Positions 8,814-17,473 of a stretch of DNA of 32,000 bases are shown piece by piece (positions within the stretch are counted from its first letter, which is position 1; each line of letters opens with the position of its first letter). Position numbers and translations under genes: made by a program. The stretch is from contig NC_009033.1 in NCBI RefSeq assembly GCF_000015945.1, positions 90,001 through 122,000 on the forward strand, written 5' to 3'. The notes beneath the pieces were generated by a model that saw only the letters and a list, made by a program, of their open reading frames with translations, was not told the DNA's origin and searched no databases. The stretch comes from Staphylothermus marinus F1 (GTDB lineage Archaea > Thermoproteota > Thermoprotei_A > Sulfolobales > Desulfurococcaceae).

Positions 8814-9827
8814 TTATGAACTAAAAACTACTCTATCAAGATTTATTGTTTCTTCTACACTCTTATCTGGTTCAAAAGGCAGGCTCAGCTCTAATCTTAA
8901 CATATATTTCCCTTCTGCAAAACCATAAATAATTGTACCATTATAGCTTCTATCATATCTAGTAATAGGACCTACTATGTCGCGAAGTGTAATCTCTTCA
9001 ATATGTGATATTATCGCTAAGGGTTCTGATATATTAAGTCTTATAGTAAAATTATGTATGCCGGTTACAGTGGCATTATAAATAGTCTTTTCTACAGTTA
9101 ACTTATCAAATAATTTTGTATTCTCAATTTTTCCTGTAAGGATCAATTTTGCCGCTAAACTTTTATGTCTCGTAGTATATATTAATTTGCCATTTAAAAC
9201 ATCACGGTTAATCTTTGTATATAAATATAGTTCGTCGCCAGAAACGAGTTTAATCTTGAAGGTGTTTTCGAAAGGTTTAAATAAAGTACTATTTGGAACG
9301 AGTACTAATAAACCGTTATGTATAGATTTGTCTTGAAAGAGAATTGCCGGTAACTTAACATAACCATTACCTAGTTTGTCAACCATGATAGTATATTTAT
9401 TTAAAAAGTTACGATTCAAAAGTATCTCGTTAGACTTACCTGTTTTTATCACTTCAAATTTTCTATATATATTTCTGTGATTGCTTCCAGATGATCTTAT
9501 GCTTTTTTCCTCTATAACAATGTATCCGAGAGAATGCTTTACAGTCTTGTTCAATTTAATATGGTCTTGATTAACTAGTTCTATAGTTTTCATAACTCTC
9601 TCCATTATTTTCCTGACTCTTCTCCTTCCTATGTTAGTCTCTAATTCTTTAGCTCCCAAACCAATTATTGGAACAGCTATTAATGGAATTAAATAAGTTA
9701 TATATTCAAACATTGCCATGACCATTAAGAAAATAGCTGAAAAAACTATTATTATGGGAAAATAAATCAGGGCTTTTCCACCTATTTCCTTTCTCTTTCT
9801 CTTATATGCTATTCTAAACTCGCTCAT
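8814..9827 (-). CDS. hypothetical membrane-anchored protein (two N-terminal TM helices plus ~250-aa beta-rich soluble domain)
   Basis: Long ORF with hydrophobic stretches ALIYFPIIIVFSAIFLMVMAMF and YLIPLIAVPIIGLG near the N-terminus. ATG 9827 is preferred to GTG 9836 because TATATT lies ~27 nt upstream, which suggests a leaderless mRNA. Confidence 0.5.
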   Translation of the reverse strand: MSEFRIAYKRKRKEIGGKALIYFPIIIVFSAIFLMVMAMFEYITYLIPLIAVPIIGLGAKELETNIGRRRVRKIMERVMKTIELVNQDHIKLNKTVKHSLGYIVIEEKSIRSSGSNHRNIYRKFEVIKTGKSNEILLNRNFLNKYTIMVDKLGNGYVKLPAILFQDKSIHNGLLVLVPNSTLFKPFENTFKIKLVSGDELYLYTKINRDVLNGKLIYTTRHKSLAAKLILTGKIENTKLFDKLTVEKTIYNATVTGIHNFTIRLNISEPLAIISHIEEITLRDIVGPITRYDRSYNGTIIYGFAEGKYMLRLELSLPFEPDKSVEETINLDRVVFSS

Positions 9828-10060
9828 ACAGAACACGCAACCTCAACTTTCAATATAGGTCTATCTTCGAAAACAGAGATAAGATTCTATTACTATATGA
9901 GTGCATGTTTGTTTAGGGAAAAATATATTAAGGAAGTAGTAATGTGCTTCATTTACCTATTTTGCTTTCTTTAAGTTTTTCTTAGAGAATAGTATTATAG
10001 CAATTTTATTATTGTGATATTGCAATAAACAATTATTGCAGAATCCATATGGTGTTCTAT

Positions 10061-11230
10061 ATGGCTTTATCGGAAAAACTAGATAGTATTCCTCCATCTC
10101 TGATTAGGAGATTCTTCGACCTTGCTTCTTCAATGAAAGATATTATATCTCTAAGTATAGGTGAACCAGACTTTGATACACCACAGCATATTAAGGAGTA
10201 TGCTAAGGAGGGATTAGATAAGGGGTATACACATTATGGTCCAAATATTGGTTTATATATGCTTCGTGAAGCAATAGCTGAGAAGCTTCGGAGGGACAAT
10301 AATATTGATATAGATCCTGAGAAGGAGATCATTATAACTGTAGGAGCTAATATGCCCATACTTATGGGTTTAGCAACGTTTCTACGTGAGGGAGAAGAAG
10401 TTCTAATACCGGAACCAGTTTTTGTGTCTTATGCTCCAGCCGTTATATTAGCTGGTGGAAAACCAGTGATGGTTCCAACGCGGGAGGAGGAAGAATTCAA
10501 GCCTAGAAACGAGGATCTTAAGAATTATGTATCGGAGAAGACGAGAGCATTAATAATTAATACGCCAAACAACCCCACGGGAACAGTGTATACGAGAAAG
10601 GATCTAGAGGAAATAGCTGATTTCGCTGTAGAACACGACTTGATGATCATAAGTGATGAGGTATACGAGTATATCGTATATGATGGATTTAAACATATAA
10701 GCATAGCATCACTGAATGGATTATTTGAGAGAACAATAACAGTTAATGGTTTCTCAAAAACATTCGCTATGACTGGTTGGAGAATAGGATTTGCCGTAGC
10801 GCCTAGCTGGGTTATCGAGAAAATGGTCAAGCTACATATGTATACAGTAACATGTCCTGTAACATTTATACAATATGCAGTAGCTAAAGCATTAAGAGAT
10901 AAAAGAAGCTGGGATGCAGTGGAGAATATGCGTCGAGAATACCAGCGTAGAAGAGATCTTGTATGGAAAAGAATAAATGAAATAGGATTATCAGCGTTTA
11001 AACCTAAAGGTGCCTTCTATATTTTCCCAAACATTAGAAATACTGGCTTGAAAAGTATGATGTTTAGCGAGAAATTATTAAGAGAAGCAAAAGTTGCAGT
11101 TGTCCCCGGCATAGCCTTTGGCAAAGAATATGATCAATATATACGTATAAGTTATGCAGTAAAATATGAGAAATTAAATGAAGCACTTGATCGAATAGAA
11201 GATTTTCTTAGAAATAAAGGTATGATATAA
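10061..11230 (+). CDS. class I/II PLP-dependent aminotransferase (aspartate aminotransferase-like)
   Basis: NTPNNPTG, SDEVYE and the PLP-lysine motif FSKTFAMTGWRIG. ATG 10061 is preferred over ATG 10049 because GGTG lies 6 nt upstream. Confidence 0.85.
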   Translation: MALSEKLDSIPPSLIRRFFDLASSMKDIISLSIGEPDFDTPQHIKEYAKEGLDKGYTHYGPNIGLYMLREAIAEKLRRDNNIDIDPEKEIIITVGANMPILMGLATFLREGEEVLIPEPVFVSYAPAVILAGGKPVMVPTREEEEFKPRNEDLKNYVSEKTRALIINTPNNPTGTVYTRKDLEEIADFAVEHDLMIISDEVYEYIVYDGFKHISIASLNGLFERTITVNGFSKTFAMTGWRIGFAVAPSWVIEKMVKLHMYTVTCPVTFIQYAVAKALRDKRSWDAVENMRREYQRRRDLVWKRINEIGLSAFKPKGAFYIFPNIRNTGLKSMMFSEKLLREAKVAVVPGIAFGKEYDQYIRISYAVKYEKLNEALDRIEDFLRNKGMI

Positions 11231-11252
11231 TCTTTTTTTAACCGTTAAATAA

Positions 11253-11675
11253 TCAGATATTGTATTGTTCCAAAACTTTTCTAAATTCTGATAACTCACT
11301 TATAGCTTGCAATATGATCTCATGTTTTTCCTCTATAGATGAAGTATTTCTGGCTAGTTGCATTAAATTCATTATTTCCAATAAATCCCTCCTATATCGA
11401 ACATGTAGGGCTTGATGGTTCTTTAGAAGATTCTTTTCAAGTTTTGTTAAGAGTTTAATGGATTTTTCAATTTCTTTATTAGACGATGAAATATATATCT
11501 CGGCCAGGATAGCATGGTTAATAGGAACACCATGGAGTGCAGATACAATTGTTAACATGTCAAGTCCACGGGTTTGTTTATGTTTTTCATAAGCATTCCT
11601 AGCAACTTCGATCTTTCCGAGTGCTAAGCGGAGATAATAGATAATCTTATCGATATTTTGGATTATTTTCGGCAA
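11253..11675 (-). CDS. hypothetical all-helical 140-aa protein, last gene of the RHH/GATase cassette
   Basis: ORF with heptad-like K/E/L/I-rich composition, 33 nt downstream of the GATase-like gene on the same strand. No confident family assignment. Confidence 0.5.
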   Translation of the reverse strand: MPKIIQNIDKIIYYLRLALGKIEVARNAYEKHKQTRGLDMLTIVSALHGVPINHAILAEIYISSSNKEIEKSIKLLTKLEKNLLKNHQALHVRYRRDLLEIMNLMQLARNTSSIEEKHEIILQAISELSEFRKVLEQYNI

Positions 11676-11708
11676 TGAACCACCATGCTATTATCTAGTT
11701 TTTGTTCC

Positions 11709-12539
11709 TCATATATCAAACTTTTCTATCTTGATCTTGTGATCAGCAATATTTATAATTACACCTTTGTTGATTAAATCAACCATATTATTATGTAACA
11801 TTATTGAAGACTTATTCTTTTCTAGGTAGTAAAATATTGTCGAAGAACCTAGGAATACTTCCCTATTCGAAGCTATATAGTTAAGCTTATAGTAATCAAT
11901 ATATTTTTTATTCTTTAAGCGATGCTTAGCAATATATGATGTAATAGCAACTATTAGTCTTTGATCATTTGTGTAGAAAATATTTATTGTATTCATAGCT
12001 GACTTAGTATATTTCTTTGCTTCTCTCAGAGCTTCTATAATGTTTTCTTCAGTCGGAGAATCTATTAATTCATATATCAGTTCTCCCAAAAGATATGAAT
12101 CGGATATATTCTGTGCCATTGTACCTAATCTATTCATGAGTTGATCTATTTTCATTGTGCCATTATGAACCATCCAGTACTGATATTTTTTTCCACCATA
12201 GAAGAATGGATGCGTGTTGAAAAGGTTTACTTCTCCCTGTGATGCGGCTCTTGAATGTAATAATAGGATCTTATAGTGTTCATTGCTCGATATTGTTTTG
12301 AGTAGTTCAACTCCACTATGATCTTCGTAGACGGGTTTTATACTCCTATAATGGAACTGGTTGGTGTATTCACCATTATATTTGAAGAAAACATATCCCC
12401 AACCGTGAGGGTGTCTTGGATTCCCCGACTTACTGATCTTAACCTTATATGGATCGTATTGGCTAGCTTGAATAAAAGAATTTATCATATCATTAATAAC
12501 ATCTTTTCTACTGCTCATCACTAATGCTATTCGACACAT
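11709..12539 (-). CDS. class II glutamine amidotransferase-like Ntn hydrolase (YafJ/EgtC-like)
   Basis: The protein begins MCRIA, giving the Cys2 nucleophile after Met removal. Also HPHGWGY, LLHSRAASQGEVNLFNTHPF and MVHNGT, all hallmarks of stand-alone class II GATase domains. Confidence 0.7.
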   Translation of the reverse strand: MCRIALVMSSRKDVINDMINSFIQASQYDPYKVKISKSGNPRHPHGWGYVFFKYNGEYTNQFHYRSIKPVYEDHSGVELLKTISSNEHYKILLLHSRAASQGEVNLFNTHPFFYGGKKYQYWMVHNGTMKIDQLMNRLGTMAQNISDSYLLGELIYELIDSPTEENIIEALREAKKYTKSAMNTINIFYTNDQRLIVAITSYIAKHRLKNKKYIDYYKLNYIASNREVFLGSSTIFYYLEKNKSSIMLHNNMVDLINKGVIINIADHKIKIEKFDI

Positions 12540-13068
12540 TCTGAGAGCTTACCTCTTCTCTCTTCTCACTTCTAACTATTATTCTTTTAACCATAAAGCA
12601 TTTTTTCGCAAATAATAGTTTGGGAATGTGGTTTGGAATGCTTATTTCATTAACCATCTTTATACTCTTTATTTTCTCATCTAAAAGTTTCCAATCGACA
12701 TCATCGCTAATATATAGCTTTTTAATGTTAACAAGTACAACTTGTTTATCGATATCTTCAAGATCGTTTCTTGATATGTCTAGTTCTTCTATTCCGGAAA
12801 TAACTATTGTATTTTTAACAGATTCTACGGCTTCTTTCAGTGATTTTCTTGATGATTTAATGAATTCGCTTAGGAGTTTAGATGCTTCTTTTCCTATTTT
12901 CTGTCCTACTTCGCCGGTAAAGGATATAGTGGTCAATAGTGCTCGCATAGCTTCATTCATAAATTCTCCTACACTTAGCCCTAGTTTTTTGGCTGTTTCA
13001 CTAAATGTTTTATATAGTTCGGGGTCTAAGCCTCGAATAGTATATGTTTTCTTTTCTTGGGAACTCAT
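12508..13068 (-). CDS. ribbon-helix-helix (FitA/VapB/CopG-like) N-domain protein with ~140-aa unknown C-terminal domain
   Basis: The N-terminus YTIRGLDPELYKTFSETAKKLGLSVGEFMNEAMRALL matches the beta-alpha-alpha RHH antitoxin/repressor pattern. SD AGGTGAGG lies 7 nt upstream of the ATG. The 3' end overlaps the next gene by 32 nt. Confidence 0.6.
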   Translation of the reverse strand: MSSQEKKTYTIRGLDPELYKTFSETAKKLGLSVGEFMNEAMRALLTTISFTGEVGQKIGKEASKLLSEFIKSSRKSLKEAVESVKNTIVISGIEELDISRNDLEDIDKQVVLVNIKKLYISDDVDWKLLDEKIKSIKMVNEISIPNHIPKLLFAKKCFMVKRIIVRSEKREEVSSQNVSNSISDEQ

Positions 13069-13083
13069 TATAAATCCTCACCT

Positions 13084-13126
13084 GTAATACTAGTCATATA
13101 TGTATTACATGTATTACAAGTAATAA
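13084..13126. promoter_or_regulatory. candidate operator: four copies of the 7-mer GTATTAC/GTAATAC upstream of the RHH gene
   Basis: GTAATAC 13084-13090, GTATTAC 13102-13108, GTATTAC 13111-13117, GTAATA(a) 13120-13126. These form nested palindromes (TACATGTA, TATTAC-AA-GTAATA) 16-58 nt upstream of the start codon at 13068. Confidence 0.35.
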
Positions 13127-13498
13127 ATCTTTCCCCACCCTTCTAACGAGAATATACAGTATAGAACTGAATAGATGCAGAAAGATTCGAACAAGCTTGA
13201 TTGAGTGCTTGAAATCCTAAACAGTATATCTATGCGAATAATAATCAATAGGCCATCCACTAATCGATTAAACCCGCTATATCTATGATAGCGAGAAAAA
13301 AATTATTAGTCTGTAGATCGTTGCTGTTTTCTGAAAACATACTGTAAAATCATATGTTTGTATGTTTTTTGGATAAGAGCAATGGAGCAAAAATGATCTA
13401 TATAGAACCAGGTTTAATGGTGTTTACTCTTTACCTTATCCTTTTATTACCTCTGATCTGTTTATTAAACTTCGTGGAAGCATTATCGGTGATCAAGA

Positions 13499-14122
13499 TT
13501 GACATATAGTTTAGTTGGATTTGATCCTAAAAACAATGTTTTAGGTGTAGGAGTTGTATCCGGCAGTATTGCAGTAGGATCTCGTGTGCCATGGGCTAAA
13601 TATCTTGTTGGGGGTGTTGCTACACAAGCATATACTAATCCTTCACTTGGCCCAATCATTCTAGGTTTATTGGAGAAAGGTTACGGTGTTGAAGATGCTT
13701 TAATGAAGGCGTTGGAGAATGATCTAGGCCGTGAATATAGGCAGGTAGCTGTGCTCTCATGGAATGGTTCCTATTCTTTCTATAATGGTAAAAATATTCC
13801 GGAAAATTACAGTGGATATGGAACAAGAAACTGTGTATCCATAGCTAACCTCGTTGTTTCAAAAAATATACCATATGAGATGTGCACAACGTTTTTAGAT
13901 AACTTAGATCAAGGAGTATCAAGTGCTTTATTACATGCACTGGAAAAAGGACACAGTATTGGAGGAGACAAGAGAGGGGATAGATCAGCGGCGATACTTG
14001 TTGTTGGTAAAACCGATTATGGAATATTATATGATAAATTAATTGATTTAAGAATTGATTACTCACATGATCCTGTCAAGGACTTGGCAAAACTTTATAT
14101 GTTGTACTTGAAGAATGCTTAG
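13499..14122 (+). CDS. DUF1028-family protein (Ntn-hydrolase fold)
   Basis: (M)TYSLVGFDPKNNVLGVGVVSGSIAVGSRVPWAKYLVGGVATQA matches the DUF1028 N-terminal signature. The TTG start is the first possible start after an in-frame TGA, and SD GGTGAT lies 5 nt upstream. Confidence 0.65.
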   Translation: MTYSLVGFDPKNNVLGVGVVSGSIAVGSRVPWAKYLVGGVATQAYTNPSLGPIILGLLEKGYGVEDALMKALENDLGREYRQVAVLSWNGSYSFYNGKNIPENYSGYGTRNCVSIANLVVSKNIPYEMCTTFLDNLDQGVSSALLHALEKGHSIGGDKRGDRSAAILVVGKTDYGILYDKLIDLRIDYSHDPVKDLAKLYMLYLKNA

Positions 14123-14143
14123 CTTTGTACGATAAAACTTTGC

Positions 14144-14665
14144 TTAACAGAACATATTTCTACACACTATTTCTTCAAGAGGTTTTCTAGGCCTTAGCAC
14201 AGGTTTTTCATCAGGATAACCTATAGCTAATATTGCAACTGGAACATAGTCTTTAGGCGCATTAAGTATCTCTTGTATTTCATCTATATTTCTCATAGTT
14301 TGAATCCATACGGAGCCTATACCAAAAGCATGTGCTGCAAGCTGGATATAAATTGTAGCATTAGCGCCGTCAAGAAAATAGGAATCAGGATCATCTTTTC
14401 TATTAACTAGCACAACAATCGCCTGAGGAGCAAATCTTAATGGCTTAGCTCCGCCATGAATCTTTGATAATCTATCAAGTATTTGTCTATCATCTATGAT
14501 TACGAATTTCCATGGTTGACTATTATGGGCGCTAGGAGAATAACGGGCTGTATCTAAAATCTTTAAGAGAATCTCATCAGGGATCTTTTCAGACTTGAAC
14601 TTTCTAATGCTCCTCCTAGTTTTAAGAAAATTAATAAGTTCTTCTTGATTGCAGCTCATGTTCAA
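14144..14665 (-). CDS. nitroreductase-family FMN oxidoreductase
   Basis: TRRSIRKF and ARYSPSAHNSQPWKFVII motifs in a 173-aa protein. Confidence 0.8.
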   Translation of the reverse strand: MNMSCNQEELINFLKTRRSIRKFKSEKIPDEILLKILDTARYSPSAHNSQPWKFVIIDDRQILDRLSKIHGGAKPLRFAPQAIVVLVNRKDDPDSYFLDGANATIYIQLAAHAFGIGSVWIQTMRNIDEIQEILNAPKDYVPVAILAIGYPDEKPVLRPRKPLEEIVCRNMFC

Positions 14666-14792
14666 TCACCATGTCTATTATTTCCTAAACCGTATTCCTA
14701 TATATTTAAACACTTTGAAGATTCCGTTTGGATTATAATATATTAGTGTCAGTAAATTAATTATTATGAGTATTCTCTGATATGCTTACTAT

Positions 14793-15095
14793 GTGGGTGT
14801 CTCGATATTGAGGATTGCTAAAGTATTAAGGCTTAGACTTGAAGGCAAAGGATGCGGTAGCTGTATAGCGCCTGCTAAACGATACTTTTTGGGAATAAAT
14901 GGTGTAATAGGGGTTCATATTATGGGCTACTATGTTTACGTCATTATTGACAACAAATTTGACCCGTTAAAAATTATCAAGGAAAGCCGGGTAACAGAGT
15001 ATTACTGGATAAGAGAAATGAGTGTTGAGAACATTGATTTGGATAAGTTATTTGAGAAATTGAGGACAAAATCGTTTTCATATAGGTTTAGTTAA
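14793..15095 (+). CDS. small protein with HMA-like (heavy-metal-associated) CxxC fold, hypothetical
   Basis: LRLRLEGKGCGSCIAPAKRYFLGINGVIGVHI fits the beta1-loop(CxxC)-alpha1-beta2 pattern of HMA domains. GTG start. Weak call. Confidence 0.4.
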   Translation: MGVSILRIAKVLRLRLEGKGCGSCIAPAKRYFLGINGVIGVHIMGYYVYVIIDNKFDPLKIIKESRVTEYYWIREMSVENIDLDKLFEKLRTKSFSYRFS

Positions 15096-15304
15096 TGTGG
15101 TCGTAAAGTGAATTTTATACATAATAATATATAAATATTGAAAGTTCAAAGTTCTAAATTATGAATAATTGTCGATGCTAGATAATTGGATGCGTAGTTT
15201 ATCATGGTTTACCTAGATTTAATAACGAATACTATTCAAATTATTGATCGTACTCATTTATATTATATAATCCAATGATTAAAATTAACATTAAAAAATA
15301 CATG

Positions 15305-16930
15305 CTAGACATATTTGAAATATTTTAAGCTATTTTCCTTGCCTAGAAGAGCTAGTAGTGGTGCTGCTCTTGGCCCACTTGTTTTTCCTATTATTAACTT
15401 ATAGAAGTTTTCATATAGCATCTTTCTCTCGTTCATTGTTAGATCTTTAGTTGCAGCGATCATTGCATTCTTTATGTTTTCATCGTTCCATTCATCTATT
15501 TGTTCTAGGAGTTCTTTCATTTTTCTAAGAATAATTCTGTGTTTTTCTGGTATAGTCTTTACTATTTCAGGTTTTGGTTCCGGTAGTAATTGGAACTTCA
15601 TGTTTTCGGGAGCGTATTTTTCTACCCATGTATTGGCTTTTTCGAGTGTTTCAAGTATTCTCTGTAATCCATACTGGGATGGATTCTCTGGAATGATCTT
15701 TGTATTGATTAGTCTTTTTATGCCCTCAGTTCTCCATAGTTCTCGTGGTAGTATCTGTGATAAAATTGCTAGATGTGTATAGGATACTTGTTCTGGAGGA
15801 GATTTCGGGGGTTCTCCTTTAGGATAGCTTAATTCATAGCTTCTTTTCAGTAAAACTTCCTCTTCTTCGTTCTTAGCTTTCTCTAATCCATAATAGATTC
15901 TCTCGGCTTTATAGTACTGGCTATAATAGTGTGGTATCTCGTATAAGCTTACAATAATTTTTTTCATCGGAGGAGTTCTAAGAACTATGAATCTATAAAT
16001 ATGTGGATGCGCTACTTCTAACCATTCTCTAGGTGTAAATCCTATGAATCCACTGCTCGTCATGTCTAGTATTTTCTTATCTTTTGTGCGCATAGCAACC
16101 CATTCATAAGGTATTCCCTCAGGTGGTTCTATTCCATAAACATTAACTGCAAGATCTACACAGCTATCACGGCTACCTCCCGGCGTAGCATGGTCTTTAC
16201 CGTAGGGCTCAAAATCTACTCCTAAACTCCACCATACTCCTACCCATTCTATTCTCCAGTTAAGCTTTCCATTGCTTAGATCAGTTACTCCTATGTATCC
16301 ACAGTTTCTACACCTATACCTAACCTTATCATGATCAATAATTTCCAATGCTTCAGTAGAATCTATTCTTCCACATTTACCACATATTGATTCGAAAGGT
16401 ATCCAGTTTTCAGGGTAAGGTTTTCTGCCACGATACTTGTTTATTGTTTTCCTAACCTTTTCTCTAATCTCAAGAGTTTTCAAAGCAAACTCGAGGAGTT
16501 TTCCACGATATAGATCCGTTGTTGTAACAACTTCTATCTTACCATCTGTGAATTCTTCAAGGTAAGGACCGAAATCTTCCCAGTAATGTTCAACCCAGTT
16601 TTTATGACAACCATGGGGGTCTGGTACATTGATCAATGGCCAACCCTTATATTTTTCTGCCTCTTTATGATTTGGAAAAGCGCTTAACTGGGCTTTCTTA
16701 CCTTTCCAAGCATCTTGTGTATAAAGTGTTATGTATTGTTTAATTTTCAATCCTTTCTTTGATAATATTCTACGTAAAACTTCTGGAATGATTATTTCGC
16801 CTCTTAAACGTCCAACATGTTGTAATCCTGAAACGCTTAATCCACCATTAAATATGTAGACTTCTTTTTTTCTCTTTAAGAGCTTCTCATAGAGATTGTC
16901 AGCTAGTTCATCGATCCAGTGACGTGGCAA
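15305..16930 (-). CDS. lysS: class I lysyl-tRNA synthetase
   Basis: 541 aa. HIGH-type HVGR, VPDPHGCH, VDFEPYGKDH, ERIYYG and WVEKYAPE blocks are characteristic of archaeal LysRS-I. It carries an inserted CxxC...CxxC zinc ribbon. TTG start with GGTGAAG 7 nt upstream. The KMSKS position is degenerate (see findings). Confidence 0.8.
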   Translation of the reverse strand: MPRHWIDELADNLYEKLLKRKKEVYIFNGGLSVSGLQHVGRLRGEIIIPEVLRRILSKKGLKIKQYITLYTQDAWKGKKAQLSAFPNHKEAEKYKGWPLINVPDPHGCHKNWVEHYWEDFGPYLEEFTDGKIEVVTTTDLYRGKLLEFALKTLEIREKVRKTINKYRGRKPYPENWIPFESICGKCGRIDSTEALEIIDHDKVRYRCRNCGYIGVTDLSNGKLNWRIEWVGVWWSLGVDFEPYGKDHATPGGSRDSCVDLAVNVYGIEPPEGIPYEWVAMRTKDKKILDMTSSGFIGFTPREWLEVAHPHIYRFIVLRTPPMKKIIVSLYEIPHYYSQYYKAERIYYGLEKAKNEEEEVLLKRSYELSYPKGEPPKSPPEQVSYTHLAILSQILPRELWRTEGIKRLINTKIIPENPSQYGLQRILETLEKANTWVEKYAPENMKFQLLPEPKPEIVKTIPEKHRIILRKMKELLEQIDEWNDENIKNAMIAATKDLTMNERKMLYENFYKLIIGKTSGPRAAPLLALLGKENSLKYFKYV

Positions 16931-17445
16931 TTCAGCTTCACCACTAGTTTTGATTATGTATTTTCTACTGTGAGGTTATATATATTATTGTGAAAGACGA
17001 AATCTCCATTGATATATTATTTAAACTAATCTATAATGAGTAGTTCTAATTTTATCAATTTTCTATTTATTCATCATTATACTATTTTTCGAAAACTTTA
17101 TTGATATCCTGATATTTATGCTTTAATTAGGATCTGAGTAATAAGTAGTAGATGTATGTAATATTTGTAGTTTTAGAGATTTTGTCCCTGATTTGATCAG
17201 TTATTTTCACCAATATTTAATTAGCTTAATTCAATATTGTTTCATTTATTATTTTATATTACAAATTAGGAAAATAATAATGAACTTCCAGCACTTGTCG
17301 AGTATGTTTTATTCTTTCTGATATGATAAGAAATAGTTTACAAGGTTAAAATTTAATTATCTATTTAATAATATAATTTATTAGGAAACAGTATATCTAC
17401 TCTCTCCCTCTCAATTCATCTACTCAAATAATTTACTATTGTATC

Positions 17446-17451
17446 TTTAAA
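17446..17451 (+). promoter_or_regulatory. candidate TATA box (TTTAAA) for the sugar ABC operon
   Basis: It lies ~25 nt upstream of ATG 17474, spacing consistent with a leaderless or short-leader transcript. Confidence 0.3.
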
Positions 17452-17473
17452 GAACCTATCCCGGGTGATGTAT

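Noticed and set aside
11253-11675. HEPN-domain assignment for the 140-aa helical protein (RNAYEKH fits Rx4-6H)
   Set aside because: The motif sits in the first helix rather than the usual C-terminal helix position, and a single short pattern match is not sufficient. The protein is left as hypothetical.
12620-13087. 155-aa plus-strand ORF antisense to the RHH gene
   Set aside because: Its S/L/F-rich low-complexity composition is typical of the shadow frame of a K/E-rich gene. The opposite strand carries a recognisable RHH motif and an SD.
13393-13509. 38-codon hydrophobic uORF (MIYIEPGLMVFTLYLILLLPLICLLNFVEALSVIKIDI) ending across the DUF1028 start
   Set aside because: No SD or TATA lies at appropriate spacing. 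Hydrophobic peptides arise easily from T-rich sequence. It cannot be supported without conservation data.
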